From: Rhynchobatus australiae
Taxonomy: Eukaryota
Assembly: GCA_034780895.1 (NCBI GenBank)
Contig: JAUZTB010000064.1
Location: 113,182,645-113,246,644 of the forward strand
DNA length: 64,000 nucleotides
Direction of reading: 5' to 3'
Shown here in pieces: positions 38,011 to 49,300 of the stretch. The position numbers and the translations under genes are program-made. The first letter of the stretch is position 1. Each line of letters opens with the position of its first letter. The notes beneath the pieces are model-generated. The model saw nothing but the letters and a program-made list of their open reading frames with translations. It had not been told where the DNA came from and did no database searches.

Positions 38011-38595
38011 ATCAGAAAAGGCACATGATTGAAGATTCTGAAGATTGTACATGGAATTACAAGGATCATTTAGGGAAAATTCTGCTATAGCATAGTTTTA
38101 AATAACATTGGTTATATGTTATAGAAAGGTAGTTGGAAAGAAAAATGTGTATTTGTGTGGCAGTTTACACAGCCTAAGCTCACCCTAGTTTTTTTTTCGC
38201 AGACAATGAAGTAGCTTTAAAGCACAGCATTAGTTATACAATGTCAATGTTAGCCTGCATTTATGTTCCATTCTGCAATAAAATTCAAAGTATAACTGTT
38301 CTGAGCTGGAATGAATGGCATACTTTTAAAACTAATGTTTTTTGTGAATGTTTGTGACATGCAACTTCAATTACAGCTACAAAATATACATCGTTGACTT
38401 GAAGTTGAGGATACTTTCTAAATTAGTCACGAGATTAGTTGTTGGTTTCTTTTCCAATGCAATGAAAAAACTGTTATAATTGAAATATATTTCAAATAAA
38501 CAGATTAATACTTCTGTTAAAATTGAAAAGAAAGCTATTAAAACAAACATGTCAACTTTTTATATCCATATCCCACGGCATAATTCATAACCTAT

Positions 38596-38733
38596 AAACA
38601 GAAAATGCTACAAAAACTCAGTAAGTCAGGCAGTATCTGTGGAAAGAGACCCTTCATCAGACCCAAACCTGATTTGTTTCTCTTTCCCCAGATGCTGCCT
38701 GACGTGTCGAGTTTTTTTTATAGCATTTTCTAT
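38596..38733. mobile_element. Palindromic (inverted pLTR pair) Penelope-derived miniature element
   Basis: Left arm agaaaatgcta...agtcaggcagtatctgtggaaagaga pairs with right arm tctctttccccagatgctgcctgac...tagcattttct. Confidence 0.65.
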
Positions 38734-39289
38734 ATTTATTTAAGATTTTTAGTTTCATTTATGCNNNNNNNNNNNNNNNNNNNNNNNNNNNNNNNNNNNN
38801 NNNNNNNNNNNNNNNNNNNNNNNNNNNNNNNNNNNNNNNNNNNNNNNNNNNNNNNNNNNNNNGTTAGCTGTAGTTTAAGTCTTGAATTTGATAATGTAAT
38901 ATAAATGTTCCCTAAACCTACAGGAATAATCTTAATCTGACAGGTTACTTAATCAATTCAATTATCTAGAACAAGACATGGGATGTGGCACTGGCAAAAC
39001 TTGCATGACAAGTCATTGGCTTCTGTTATGGTGGCTTCAGATCAGTCCTTTTGCTTTTGGAGGCAATCTGTCAACATTGCTGATTCCTGTCATGAGCACA
39101 GCCCCAAGCAGTCCAGGATATCACTTTTACACTTTTTGCATTTTCTGCTCCATCCTCACCCAAAAGTTGCCACAGAGAGGCACTAGTGTACTCGGGAGAT
39201 GTTGAGAATTAAGGGGGCTTGGTGAGTAGAGGGGAAGAAGAAGACTGAGAAATGAGTAGGGAAAAAATGGAGATTGGAAGGGATGAGGC

Positions 39290-39420
39290 TTAGAAAATGG
39301 ATACTGAGGGAGAGGTGGATACTAGGGAATGGAAACCAAGTTTAGATATGGATACTGGGAAATGGAGGTTTGGTGGAGATGGATACTGAGGAATGGAAAT
39401 GGGTTGGGTGGAGGATGCTG
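39290..39420. repeat. Degenerate purine-rich minisatellite (core tggatactgrggaatgg, 4-5 copies)
   Basis: tggatact recurs at ~39298, 39316, 39348 and 39380. Confidence 0.6.
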
Positions 39421-39559
39421 ACCTCAGGAATGACAAAAAAAAACATAATCATTATTATTCAGGAGAGAATTAACAGTTTGGACTCTGTTCACAAAAAATA
39501 CTGTGGGATGGGCTAAAAGGAATCTTTAAATTATGAGAGTTTGATAATGCTTTTGCTTC

Positions 39560-40085
39560 AGGGGAATGTTTAAATAAAAACATTTCACATTCTTTTAAAT
39601 TCTATAGTCTGTAGGTTTGACCTTTGTAATCTTTCCTTATTAGAAAACCCCTTCATCCCAGGAATTATACCAATTAACCTTCATTGAACTGCTTCCACGA
39701 CAAGTGGAATGCACTTCCTTAATTTACGAGACCAAGATTTGATGTAGTACTCCAGGCACAATCTCACCAAAGCACTGTGCTATTGTATTTAGTTTGTGGA
39801 ATTTATGCTCATCCAAAGCCGCCAATTAATACAAGAACGTAACAACATTAGAAAGTAAGAATAGGAATAGGCTACATGGCCCCTCAAGCCTGCCCCACCT
39901 TTCAATGTGATCATGGCTAATCCGCTGCTGGATTTATCTCTTCTGTGCTAGTTCCCCTTAGTCCTCAATTCCCTAATCCTTCAACAAAAAATTATCTACC
40001 TCCTCTTTAAATACCCCCAATGATCTAGTCTCCACAACCCTCCAGGGTAGAGAATTCCAGTGATCCACTACTTCTGCAAGAATAA
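39560..40085 (-). mobile_element. Two CR1 3' fragments
   Basis: gtagtactccaggcacaatctcacc; agaataggaataggctacatggcccctcaagcctgccccacctttcaatgtgatcatggct. Confidence 0.75.
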
Positions 40086-40875
40086 ATGCTATTTTTCAGG
40101 ACATTATTTCTGATTAAATGATGTCCACCTTAGAAACACATTTGGGAGGGCAATTGATTCAGTGCATCTGAATATAAGTTCCAAATTTATTTATGTGTAA
40201 ACACTAATGAACCTAAAGAGAAGAAAATAACCTTTTGACTTGGATTTCTTGGGTTTTATTCAGTAAATGTGACTTTCAACCCTTTTAACTCCTGAAAATT
40301 GAAGGAATTTTTATTACATTTTAATGAGAATCATCTGATTTGGCCCAATGTTTAGAAGTGGTTAAACTGGGGAATTTTCATCATTAATTATTTGAATTGT
40401 TTTCTGTGAATATGACAGCAACAGCCTTTTGAAACTCCTTGCTAAGAAGCTTGGAACTACTTGTGTCATTAATTGAAATTAATTGATACATGTCAACTGA
40501 AAAATTGTCCATGTCAAAGGAATGAGATTGGGGGCTAAAAGATGTTTCACTTTTAAAATCTTTGGCTTTCCAGTATTAGACAAGTTTCGCAGGTTGATAT
40601 TAATGAAGTGAGCCTCACAATATTTGCATTAGTGAAATATATAGCTGGTTCACATCTCCATTCATATCTAGATTCACTTTTTGAGTAAGAGTGTTCTGGT
40701 ATCAGTGGGATGGGAGGTTCTGTTGAATTATTTTGTAATATGAATTTCTGCTGTCTGATGCAGAGAAGAGAAATTGAAAGGAAAAGAAACCGAACTTTAA
40801 ATTTAATATAGAAAAAATGAAGTTGATGTCATAAATGATGCCTGTGAATGATTTTTGATGCTTACCCAAAAGAAT

Positions 40876-41155
40876 GTAGCAATTAGTGTAACACTATTAC
40901 AACGCCAGCAACCCAGGTTCAATTCTAGCCACTGTTTGTAAGGAGTTTGTATGTTCTTCCCGTGTCTGCATGGGTTTTCTCCGGGTGCTCCTGTTTCCTC
41001 TCACATTCCAAAGACATTCGGGTTAGGAAGTTGTGGACATGCTATGTTGGCACCGGAAGTATGGCGACACTTGCAGGCTGCCCCCAGAACACTCCATGCA
41101 AAAGATGCATTTTATTGTGTGTTTCAATGTACATGTGACTAATAAAGAAATATTA
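40876..41155 (+). mobile_element. tRNA-derived V-SINE-type element (same family as 783-1053)
   Basis: ttagtgtaacactattacaacgccagcaacccaggttcaattc...gggttttctccgggtgctcctgtttcctctcacattccaaagac...gtgactaataaag. Confidence 0.85.
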
Positions 41156-41490
41156 TCATTGACAGATTAATATGAAGGCCTTTATGCAGGGCATCTTCAC
41201 AGCTTAAAGAATAAAATAAATGTCCTGGTATTTTCTTTGAGGAATGTTACTGATTAGCTGCTATAACTCTGGCAGTGATCCCAGGCAGATAAATAAACAG
41301 GATTTCTGCTGAAATTACAGAAACCAATCAGGAGAACATGAGGAAATTCTCAGCAATGAGGTGAACATAGCAGTTTGATGAGCCAGTTTCAAACCTAAGA
41401 GATTGCAGATTGTAAGAGAAGATAGACAAGTGAGAAGATCTTGATAAACGATGAATTTGTATAAGGGACCCTGTGTTGCACAGAAGGCAA

Positions 41491-41575
41491 CAATCTGTCA
41501 ACATTGCAGATTCCTGTCATGAGGACTGCTCCAAGCAGCGGGGAAGTGCTCATGACAGGAATTAGCAATTTGAAA
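41491..41575. repeat. Short palindromic interspersed element; partial copy at 39064-39111
   Basis: attgcagattcctgtcatgaggact pairs with agtgctcatgacaggaattagcaat. Confidence 0.7.
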
Positions 41576-41884
41576 GAAGACAGGAAAATTCAGAGGAGCA
41601 ATGGCCTTAGCAGTTTCAACCTAACAGACTTTAGGTAAGTTGTGATTCACAAGAGGATATAAAGGCTACACGTGTAAATCACACATTTAGTTGCTTTGAG
41701 TTGTTATAAGTATAATAGGGGTTTTTAAATGCTAAAAGGTTTTGATAATGTTAATATGGGCAGGTATTTTGTCTATTGGGGATACCCAATTTTAAACTTA
41801 GAGCCAGGAATGAAAGTGAAAAATTGCAGTTTCCTTCACCATAGAGCTTTAGATCTTAGTTCAATTCAAACTTAGACCCTGTGA

Positions 41885-42310
41885 CGATTGAAGACCAAGT
41901 TGTATTTCCAAATCAGAATGGTGTGAGGCTGAAGATGGTGGTGTTCCTATGTGCCTGCTGCCCTTGTCATTCTTGATGGATCAGGGAGATGATGCAATGG
42001 GGGACTGAGTACTGGAAGCTGGACGAGGAGAAGGAAATGTCAACGTTGAAGAATAACAGACAGGTTTTGGGAGAGTGAGGGTGGGAGATTTAAAGTGGTC
42101 CTTGGAGGGAGGAAGTTAGCGATGTGAATTGTAAGGAGAGTAGGACCATTATTGGTTAGGGAAAATGACAAATCATGCTTGGAATTCAGGTGTAGGGTGG
42201 CAGCTATTGGGGAGAAATTGGCAAGGGGAGAGAGAACACCCACCTGAAGGAAAGGAATGATGGATCAAACTTGGTTGGGCATCCAAACTGATGCTGCAGA
42301 GAAATAATGT
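41885..42310 (-). mobile_element. Old L2/CR1-group LINE fragments
   Basis: gaagatggtggtgttcctatgtgcctgctgcccttgtc matches the tail family at 56480-56750; an L2-like purine-rich segment follows. Confidence 0.45.
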
Positions 42311-43624
42311 ACTGTGAAAGAAATAATCAAATTTGGATAAGCTTCTAAAGGGAGAGGTGAGATTAGAAGAAGTAGTGAAGCCAAAATTACTTGTAGATTA
42401 AGCACCAAGGGCAGTCATATGGAAGGTATGGAAATTATTCAGATTGGGGAACAAAAGGAGCAGATGAATGCACCAGAATTAGTTAAATTACAGACCCCAT
42501 TACACACACATGCAGGAGAAGAATGCCCAAAGTTTGTCTCTGGCAAGGCATTATCTGATGTGCAACTGACTTTCACAGAAGAACCAGCTTTTAATTATGC
42601 TAAAGATTCAAACTGAACATTATTTAAAGGGCCAGGCAGATCCCTCCAGCTGTCATAGGCCAGAGTGTTGCTCAACTGTGTAAAACAAATCTCGGTCAGA
42701 TTGACCTAAACCGGGGTCCCAGGCATGACAATATCTGGTGGTTTCAGCAGAAATCCCCCTGCCCAATCCCACCCCTTTAGAATTACATGGCTAGAAATAC
42801 TACAAAGAGAAAATTGTTCCATATTTGTCCGATCAAATTAGACCAGAAGGGAGAGTAAAAACACAAGTAAGACACCTGACAAAAGATGTGGTGCCCAAAA
42901 TCATCTCCACCTTTCTTCACAATTCTGCCCTTAAAGAGTTGCACCACAATACAAACAGCAACTCTTTCAGCAACTGGGGAGTGTTGGCAAGGAATGAGTG
43001 CATTCCTCAACAGGGGGGGTGGCAGAGTTCTGTCAGTGGGTANNNNNNNNNNNNNNNNNNNNNNNNNNNNNNNNNNNNNNNNNNNNNNNNNNNNNNNNNN
43101 NNNNNNNNNNNNNNNNNNNNNNNNNNNNNNNNNNNNNNNNNNGGCAAGGAATGAGTGCATTCCTCATCAGGGGGGGTGGCAGAGTTCTGTCAGTGGGTAT
43201 AGTAACCTGTACAGGATTATCAAGAATAATGCATGCGGAAGGAGCTTCTTTGTGCATAGGCCACTTGTAGAAGCACATTTGAGGAGCTGTCACTGAGGGC
43301 ATTTGTGTACTCTTTGAATGCCTGTACCTTTTGGAGCCCTGTAATGTATCCAGATGTCCTTAGCAAGTGAGAATGCAGAAATTGCATTAATCAAAAATCA
43401 AAGTTTCCTCACTTTGAAACTGGGTTTTCCTTGATTTCTGGAGTGTAGCAATGTGCAAGTGTCAATTGTGGCAGAGAGAGCAGGTGATATTTCTGAGAGT
43501 GAGGGTGATTCTGACTTTGAAAGCAGTGCAAGCACTTCTGTTTGTTTGCTGTTTGAGGTTTGTCTATGGACTCTGAAAGCCAAACTTGTTAGGATTATTT
43601 CCTAAGGTCAGAGCTGTGAGAAAA

Positions 43625-43835
43625 GAGGGCAGCACAATGGCACAGCTAGTGGAGCTGCTGTGTCACTGCTCCAGAGGCCTGGGTTCAGTCCTGACCTCGG
43701 ATGCTGTATTTGTGGAGTTTGCATGTTCTCATGCAACAGCGTGGGTTTACTGTTGGTGCTCCGGCTCAATATAAAAATTAAGCGGTTGATGATTGGTGCG
43801 GACTTGATGGGTAGAAGGGCTTGTTTCTGTGTTCT
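43625..43835 (+). mobile_element. V-SINE (HE1-like) with CR1-type tail
   Basis: gggcagcacaatggcacagctagtggagctgctg...gggttcagtcctgacctc...gatgggtagaagggcttgtttctgtg. Confidence 0.75.
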
Positions 43836-43874
43836 CTCTCTCTCTCTCTCACTCTGTCATAAGGAATAGTGCTT

Positions 43875-43975
43875 ATCAGTTCTGAAGAATTGGCTTTAAC
43901 TGGAAATGTTAACTCTGTCTCTCTGCACATGCTTCCAGACTTATTGAGTATTTCTACCATTTTCTGTTATGTTTC
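43875..43975 (+). mobile_element. Penelope pLTR-like fragment
   Basis: cagttctgaagaa...gaaatgttaactctgtctctctgcacatgcttccagacttattgagtatttctaccattttctg. Confidence 0.55.
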
Positions 43976-44879
43976 CTTCAGCAGCGTTACTGACAACTGG
44001 TGCCCATGGGAACAGTGTGGAGCACAACATGCCTGATTCAAAATGAATCATCGCGTGCAGCTGAGTGTCCACTAGATTACTGTGCTATTAATGGGCCCAT
44101 AGAGAGACAAAGAATTCTGCAACTCTTTTTAAACAAAGAATGACTTTGCCAACTTGTGAGCTCCACTTGGGGTGCCAATATTTCAGGCTAAGTTCATTTG
44201 CTCTCTTCCCATTATTATTATCTCTTTTCTATGCTGATTCTGATGTGTGGTCTTACAGCAGTCAGCTGGGTAATGTTCAGAGGGTCAGTGATATGGTTTC
44301 ACTGGAATAACCCTATTACATGATGTAGCTGCTCGTTAATTTATAGTCTAACAAATGCTACCAATCCTTCCCTCCTGTTGTCCAGTTGAATGAACACTGC
44401 AGTGTCATTATTTCTGTATTGAAAAGATGTGCTTTCAAAGTAACCACTTTGAAGTAGGAGTAAGGTATTCAGTTGAAGAAAGCTGACTGGATCCTGTAGA
44501 CTGGTATGAGACTAGAATATTTGGGGAAAAAAAGGCCCAAGTGTCTATGTAACTTAATTTGAATTGAGTGAACAGTGTTTTCAAAGTTGTAGTAATTGCC
44601 AGCATATTGGAATAAGTGAGACTGCTTTAATAGTATTACCACACATCTTGAAAGGATTGATGACTTAATTCAAATATAATCATGTCCTTGTTCTTAACAA
44701 CGATTCTATCTCAATACCTATTAGCCAGATGTGGAATTGTACCTTTAATCTTTTTTGGTTACTATTATTGGCATATCTTCACATTGATAACTGAATTAAT
44801 TGCTTTCTATTGAGACTATGTATATTAATAAGCTGGTTAAATGGTGGGTGCTATGGATTAATTTGCTGACACAGGTCAT

Positions 44880-45545
44880 ATAACTATGTGGAAGTATAAT
44901 GGAAGCCAGCTATTGCTGTGGAAATTGATAGGTGAATCTTTCAACTCCACAGCCAATGAAGTAGTCCTTGCTTGCACCAATACCGAGACAACATTCACAT
45001 GCACTGAGGGCATGTAACATTCACACCTCAAAAGTAGCAAATAACATTCATTCAAAGTCCAACAAGAGAGCATCTAGCCACGTACCCTGAGCAGTCAATG
45101 GCATAATTGATTCCTCCGCCCTCCCCATGCCACCCCATAGATATCCTGGGTGTCACCATTGACCAGAAACTCAACTGAACCAGTCACATAAATACCATGG
45201 TCAAAGTGTAGATCAGAGGCTGGGTACCTTGTGGTGAATGACTTGCCTCCTGACACCAAAAAACCTTTCCACTACCTGCAAGGTACAAGTCAGGAGTGCC
45301 TTGTAGGTGGCGCCGCCACAAGAATCCTCTCCAAGTAGTATACTATTCTGATTTGAAAATATGTTGCCAATCCTTCGTCATCATTAAGGATAAATCCTTC
45401 ACTCCCTTACCCAGCAGCACTCTGAGAATACCTTCACCACAAAGATTGCAGCAGATCAAGTAGGTAGTTTACTGCCATTTTCCCAAGGGCAAATAAAGGT
45501 GAGCAATAAATGCAATGTCCAGACCATGGCAAATGAATGAATAAA
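44880..45545 (+). mobile_element. CR1/L2-group LINE 3' portion
   Basis: ILGVTIDQKLN*TSHI motif; ctgcaaggtacaagtcaggagtg; tail ccaagggcaaataaaggtgagcaataaatgc. Confidence 0.7.
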
Positions 45546-46689
45546 TGAAAAATCATCCACTTGTGCATCTCCTAGCAGCAACTTTAAACAGAGGCCTGGA
45601 AGCACCTTCCCTAATTTTCCTACTGATCATATATGGTGCATAGTACCTCTCTGGGATATTAAGGCCAATTGTTACACCTCCCCGTCCCCAACCCACCAGC
45701 TAAAAATAGTGATTATTTTAACCTTTCCTATTCAGTATCTTTGTTTTTTTTTACTTACACAATAAGCTGGATTCTAAAGCACAATATTACATTATTAGAT
45801 GCATGGTTGTAATCCTGTAGTTATTTATCTTTGATTCCTGTTGAGTCAGCTGCCTTGCACTATGGGGGTTATAATCCTTACAAGCTGATAAATCTAATGA
45901 TATCATCGGCACTCATTTTTAAAGTAGAATATGCCAGCAATATATTGAGGTGAAAATAAAACAATGTTAACATGTTGATATTCTTTAATTTTGATGTAAA
46001 ATCTTGGCAATATCATTATCTCACAAAAGATGAAATTACCTTAAAATTAAAACTTTCTGCTAGCTTCACCAAAGTTTATTTCTCCACTTTCCCTGCAAGC
46101 TATTACAGGCTTCTATAGTTCATGGTAACCATGTCATTATGGAAGGCAGCCTAGCTGTGAAGTTGCACCTGACATAATAGAGGATAGGGCTCGCTGTCCT
46201 TGTATCTTTCCTGAAAAACACTAAGGTAAAACTGAAGCACTCTGTTAAAACTTGAACTGAAGAATAACAAACCATTCTTTAATTGGATGTTTATTTGTGA
46301 TGTAAAACTTATTACATCTGGTTTGTAAAACAAGACGGATGGAAGTGCGTGACTCGTTCTCTATTGACGCAAATCCTTGAACTACTCTTCCCTTTGGAAT
46401 TTTTCCAATGTTACTATTTCTGCTCTTGTTTGAGTCATTTAAGAGGTTCCTATGTGAATGCTGTAGTGCTATTTGCCAGAATTCCTCTCTTAGGTTTCTT
46501 ATGTGGGCCTCACTGGTAGGAATTACTGAATTTGGGATCAGCAAACATCTGTAGAATTTGAGCTGATTGCTGTAAAATATGTTGCATAATTTGATATTAG
46601 TGTTATTTTATCCCAGAAGAAATATAATTTCTGTCATGGTAACTCTGTCTGAATTGAGGGGAGAAAAATGGCAATGTGATAATTCGCAT

Positions 46690-47200
46690 TGTGTTAAGCA
46701 AACCAGTGTCAGTGTTCTCTCCCAGGTCATCATCCTAGACATTGAAGCTCCAGTTACACCCAATCAGCTCCATTGGGCAGGCTTTGTTGATTACATGACC
46801 ATTACCAAACCTCCAAAACAGCCACTTTATTCCAAGCTCTGGCAAATGAAGATATTACCAGGTGGATAGAGGAAAGGTTTCAAGCACGCTCTAAAAGTGT
46901 CCTCGAAAAAATGCATCACCTTCACTGACTCTTGAGAATTCCTGGTTCAAAGTGGAGGAGAAGCATTCAGGAATGGTACTGAGAACCTCAAGTTTATGCA
47001 TCAGGAGTGCACAGAAGTCCTGCATAAATGGTGAAAGGAGCATGCCACCCCACAAACTACGCAGCTACCTGCCCCATCAGGCAACTCCTGCCCCTTCTGC
47101 AGAAGAGTCTACAGTTCCTACATTGGCTTCATCGGTCACCTCAGAACCTGAATGAAAGCCAGTCATCCTTGATCTTGAGGGATTGCCTAAGAAGAAGATT
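46690..47200 (+). mobile_element. RTE-clade LINE 3' end
   Basis: QLHWAGFVDYM...PKQPLYSKL; terminal gtcatccttgatcttgagggattgcctaagaagaaga. Confidence 0.8.
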
Positions 47201-49226
47201 GCGGGAAAGATTGGACGTTAGCTACGTATTTCTTCAACATTGGGCCATTTTAGAAAAAGTGGCGAGATAAGCCTTTCAGTCTTTGATTTAAAAGCTGCAA
47301 AACTTACAAGGCAGTTCATGTTTTTAAGAAGCAGTTGAAGTCGTTAGTGTTAACAGTGGGGTTTCACAAAGCTCAGTACTTAACCACAAGGGAGAAGCAA
47401 ATGGAAGTTATGATATCAGAGCTAGAGGAAGCCTAGTGGGAACAGGCTCAAGTTGTGGACCGATGAATGAAAACTGAGTCTGCTGAAACATTTCACCACA
47501 CAACACAGGTAGTTTTCCTGCACTGCATTTCTTTTTACAGTCATGTCTTTGCCCCAAATTTTGATGACAATGTGCACCATAGCTAATGTAGAAACTTTTC
47601 AGAAAGAGGTCATGTACAAATGGCTTTGTTTCTAGCACCTTTAACCTTTCTGAATAATTCCCTTCAGAAATACTTTGTCTAATATTTCAAAATATTGAAT
47701 GCTCACTTGCAAAAGGCTAATTTTGGAACTCAGAATTAAATAAAATGCAAATTTTTTAGTACATTTTACTTTATTAAAACATTGGCAGACTGACGTTTGT
47801 ATGTCTGAATGGCTTTTTGCCATTGCATTCCTTACTTAGAAGCCGTTGGTGCGGGAAGTGGCTTAATTAAGACATAAACATCTTCCTGCAGTGCCGCTCC
47901 AATTAGCATATGCTGGCTCTACTTTAGCTATAAACATGGAGTCAAGTTAGAACACATGTCACATTTCTTCCAAACAGTTTATTAAACCTTCATGGCCCCT
48001 GGGACAACTGTGGAAACAGTTTAGTCCAACAGACAGAAACCAATAACATTACAGTAAAAAGTCAGAGAAGACAAATGACAGAGCTATTTTATCAAGCTGA
48101 GCAAAGGAGGATAGAGGACAGAGTTTGTATATTTTCAATGACGCTTAACTCACATGTAAAAAGTTTTAGTGCACAATTGCAGGGAGCAAATTTTTGTTGC
48201 TTTGTTTTTTTCAACATTCCCAGCATTTTTCACAAGGTAAGTTATAATTCAAAGTTAAGGTAACTAACATTTTAGGAACTTATAAGCTGCACCCTTGTTG
48301 TTTTACTGGACAAAGATAAAAAAAGTGCTGCAATTGTGAATTGACTGAAGGAAATCTAAACCAAATTTACAAATTCTATCCTTTATTTGCATTACTCACT
48401 GTTCCCATTAATTTCTGAAGTACACTTCACTGTTTGAATTTGTTTGGTCCTTGTAGCACAAAAAAAATGTCTGATTATCACTGAACATGGGAATGTCCTC
48501 TTGTAATTTTAAGACATTGGCCCTAAAATTATACTGAGCACATAATACAAAACTCTGAAATTTCTCTCTCTAGGAGAACTATTAACCTGTTTAAAATAAA
48601 TAGTTAAAGACCTCATCTGAAATGCAGAAAATGCTATTTCAGATATATTGTTTAAACATTTATATACTAGTGTCACAGTCAATAATCTCTGGGCAATATT
48701 ACCTTGTAACCCCAAGATAAAGGCCAAAGGTTCATTTTGTAGTTGCAAGAAGTTAAAATGGTAGGTAGTAATGAGTAGACGAGACTGAAAATTGTTCTGG
48801 ATAGAATGACTGACTAAATTANNNNNNNNNNNNNNNNNNNNNNNNNNNNNNNNNNNNNNNNNNNNNNNNNNNNNNNNNNNNNNNNNNNNNNNNNNNNNNN
48901 NNNNNNNNNNNNNNNNNNNNNNNNNNNNNNNNNNNNNNNNNNNNNNNNNNNNNNNNNNNNNNNNNNNNNNNNNNNNNNNNNNNNNNNNNNNNNNNNNNNN
49001 NNNNNNNNNNNNNNNNNNNNNNNNNNNNNNNNNNNNNNNNNNNNNNNNNNNNNNNNNNNNNNNNNNNNNNNNNNNNNNNNNNNNNNNNNNNNNNNNNNNN
49101 NNNNNNNNNNNNNNNNNNNNNNNNNNNNNNNNNNNNNNNNNNNNNNNNNNNNNNNNNNNNNNNNNNNNNNNNNNNNNNNNNNNNNNNNNNNNNNNNNNNN
49201 NNNNNNNNNNNNNNNNNNNNNNNNNN

Positions 49227-49300
49227 TACCTTGACTAATTAGATATCTGTCTATCTCCTCTTTGAATGCACCCAATGATCTGGCCTCCACTACTGTACGT
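49227..49300 (-). mobile_element. CR1 3' fragment beside an N gap
   Basis: VEARSLGAFKEEIDRYLISQG. Confidence 0.65.

Noticed and set aside
42986-43199. 57-bp direct repeat flanking a 100-N gap (ggcaaggaatgagtgcattcctca...gtgggta)
   Set aside because: Near-identical copies abut both gap edges, typical of unmerged contig overlap or haplotype difference rather than a biological repeat.
46245-46544. 99-aa minus-strand ORF as a host exon
   Set aside because: No recognisable domain or convincing splice donor; the segment looks more like a regulatory motif cluster.
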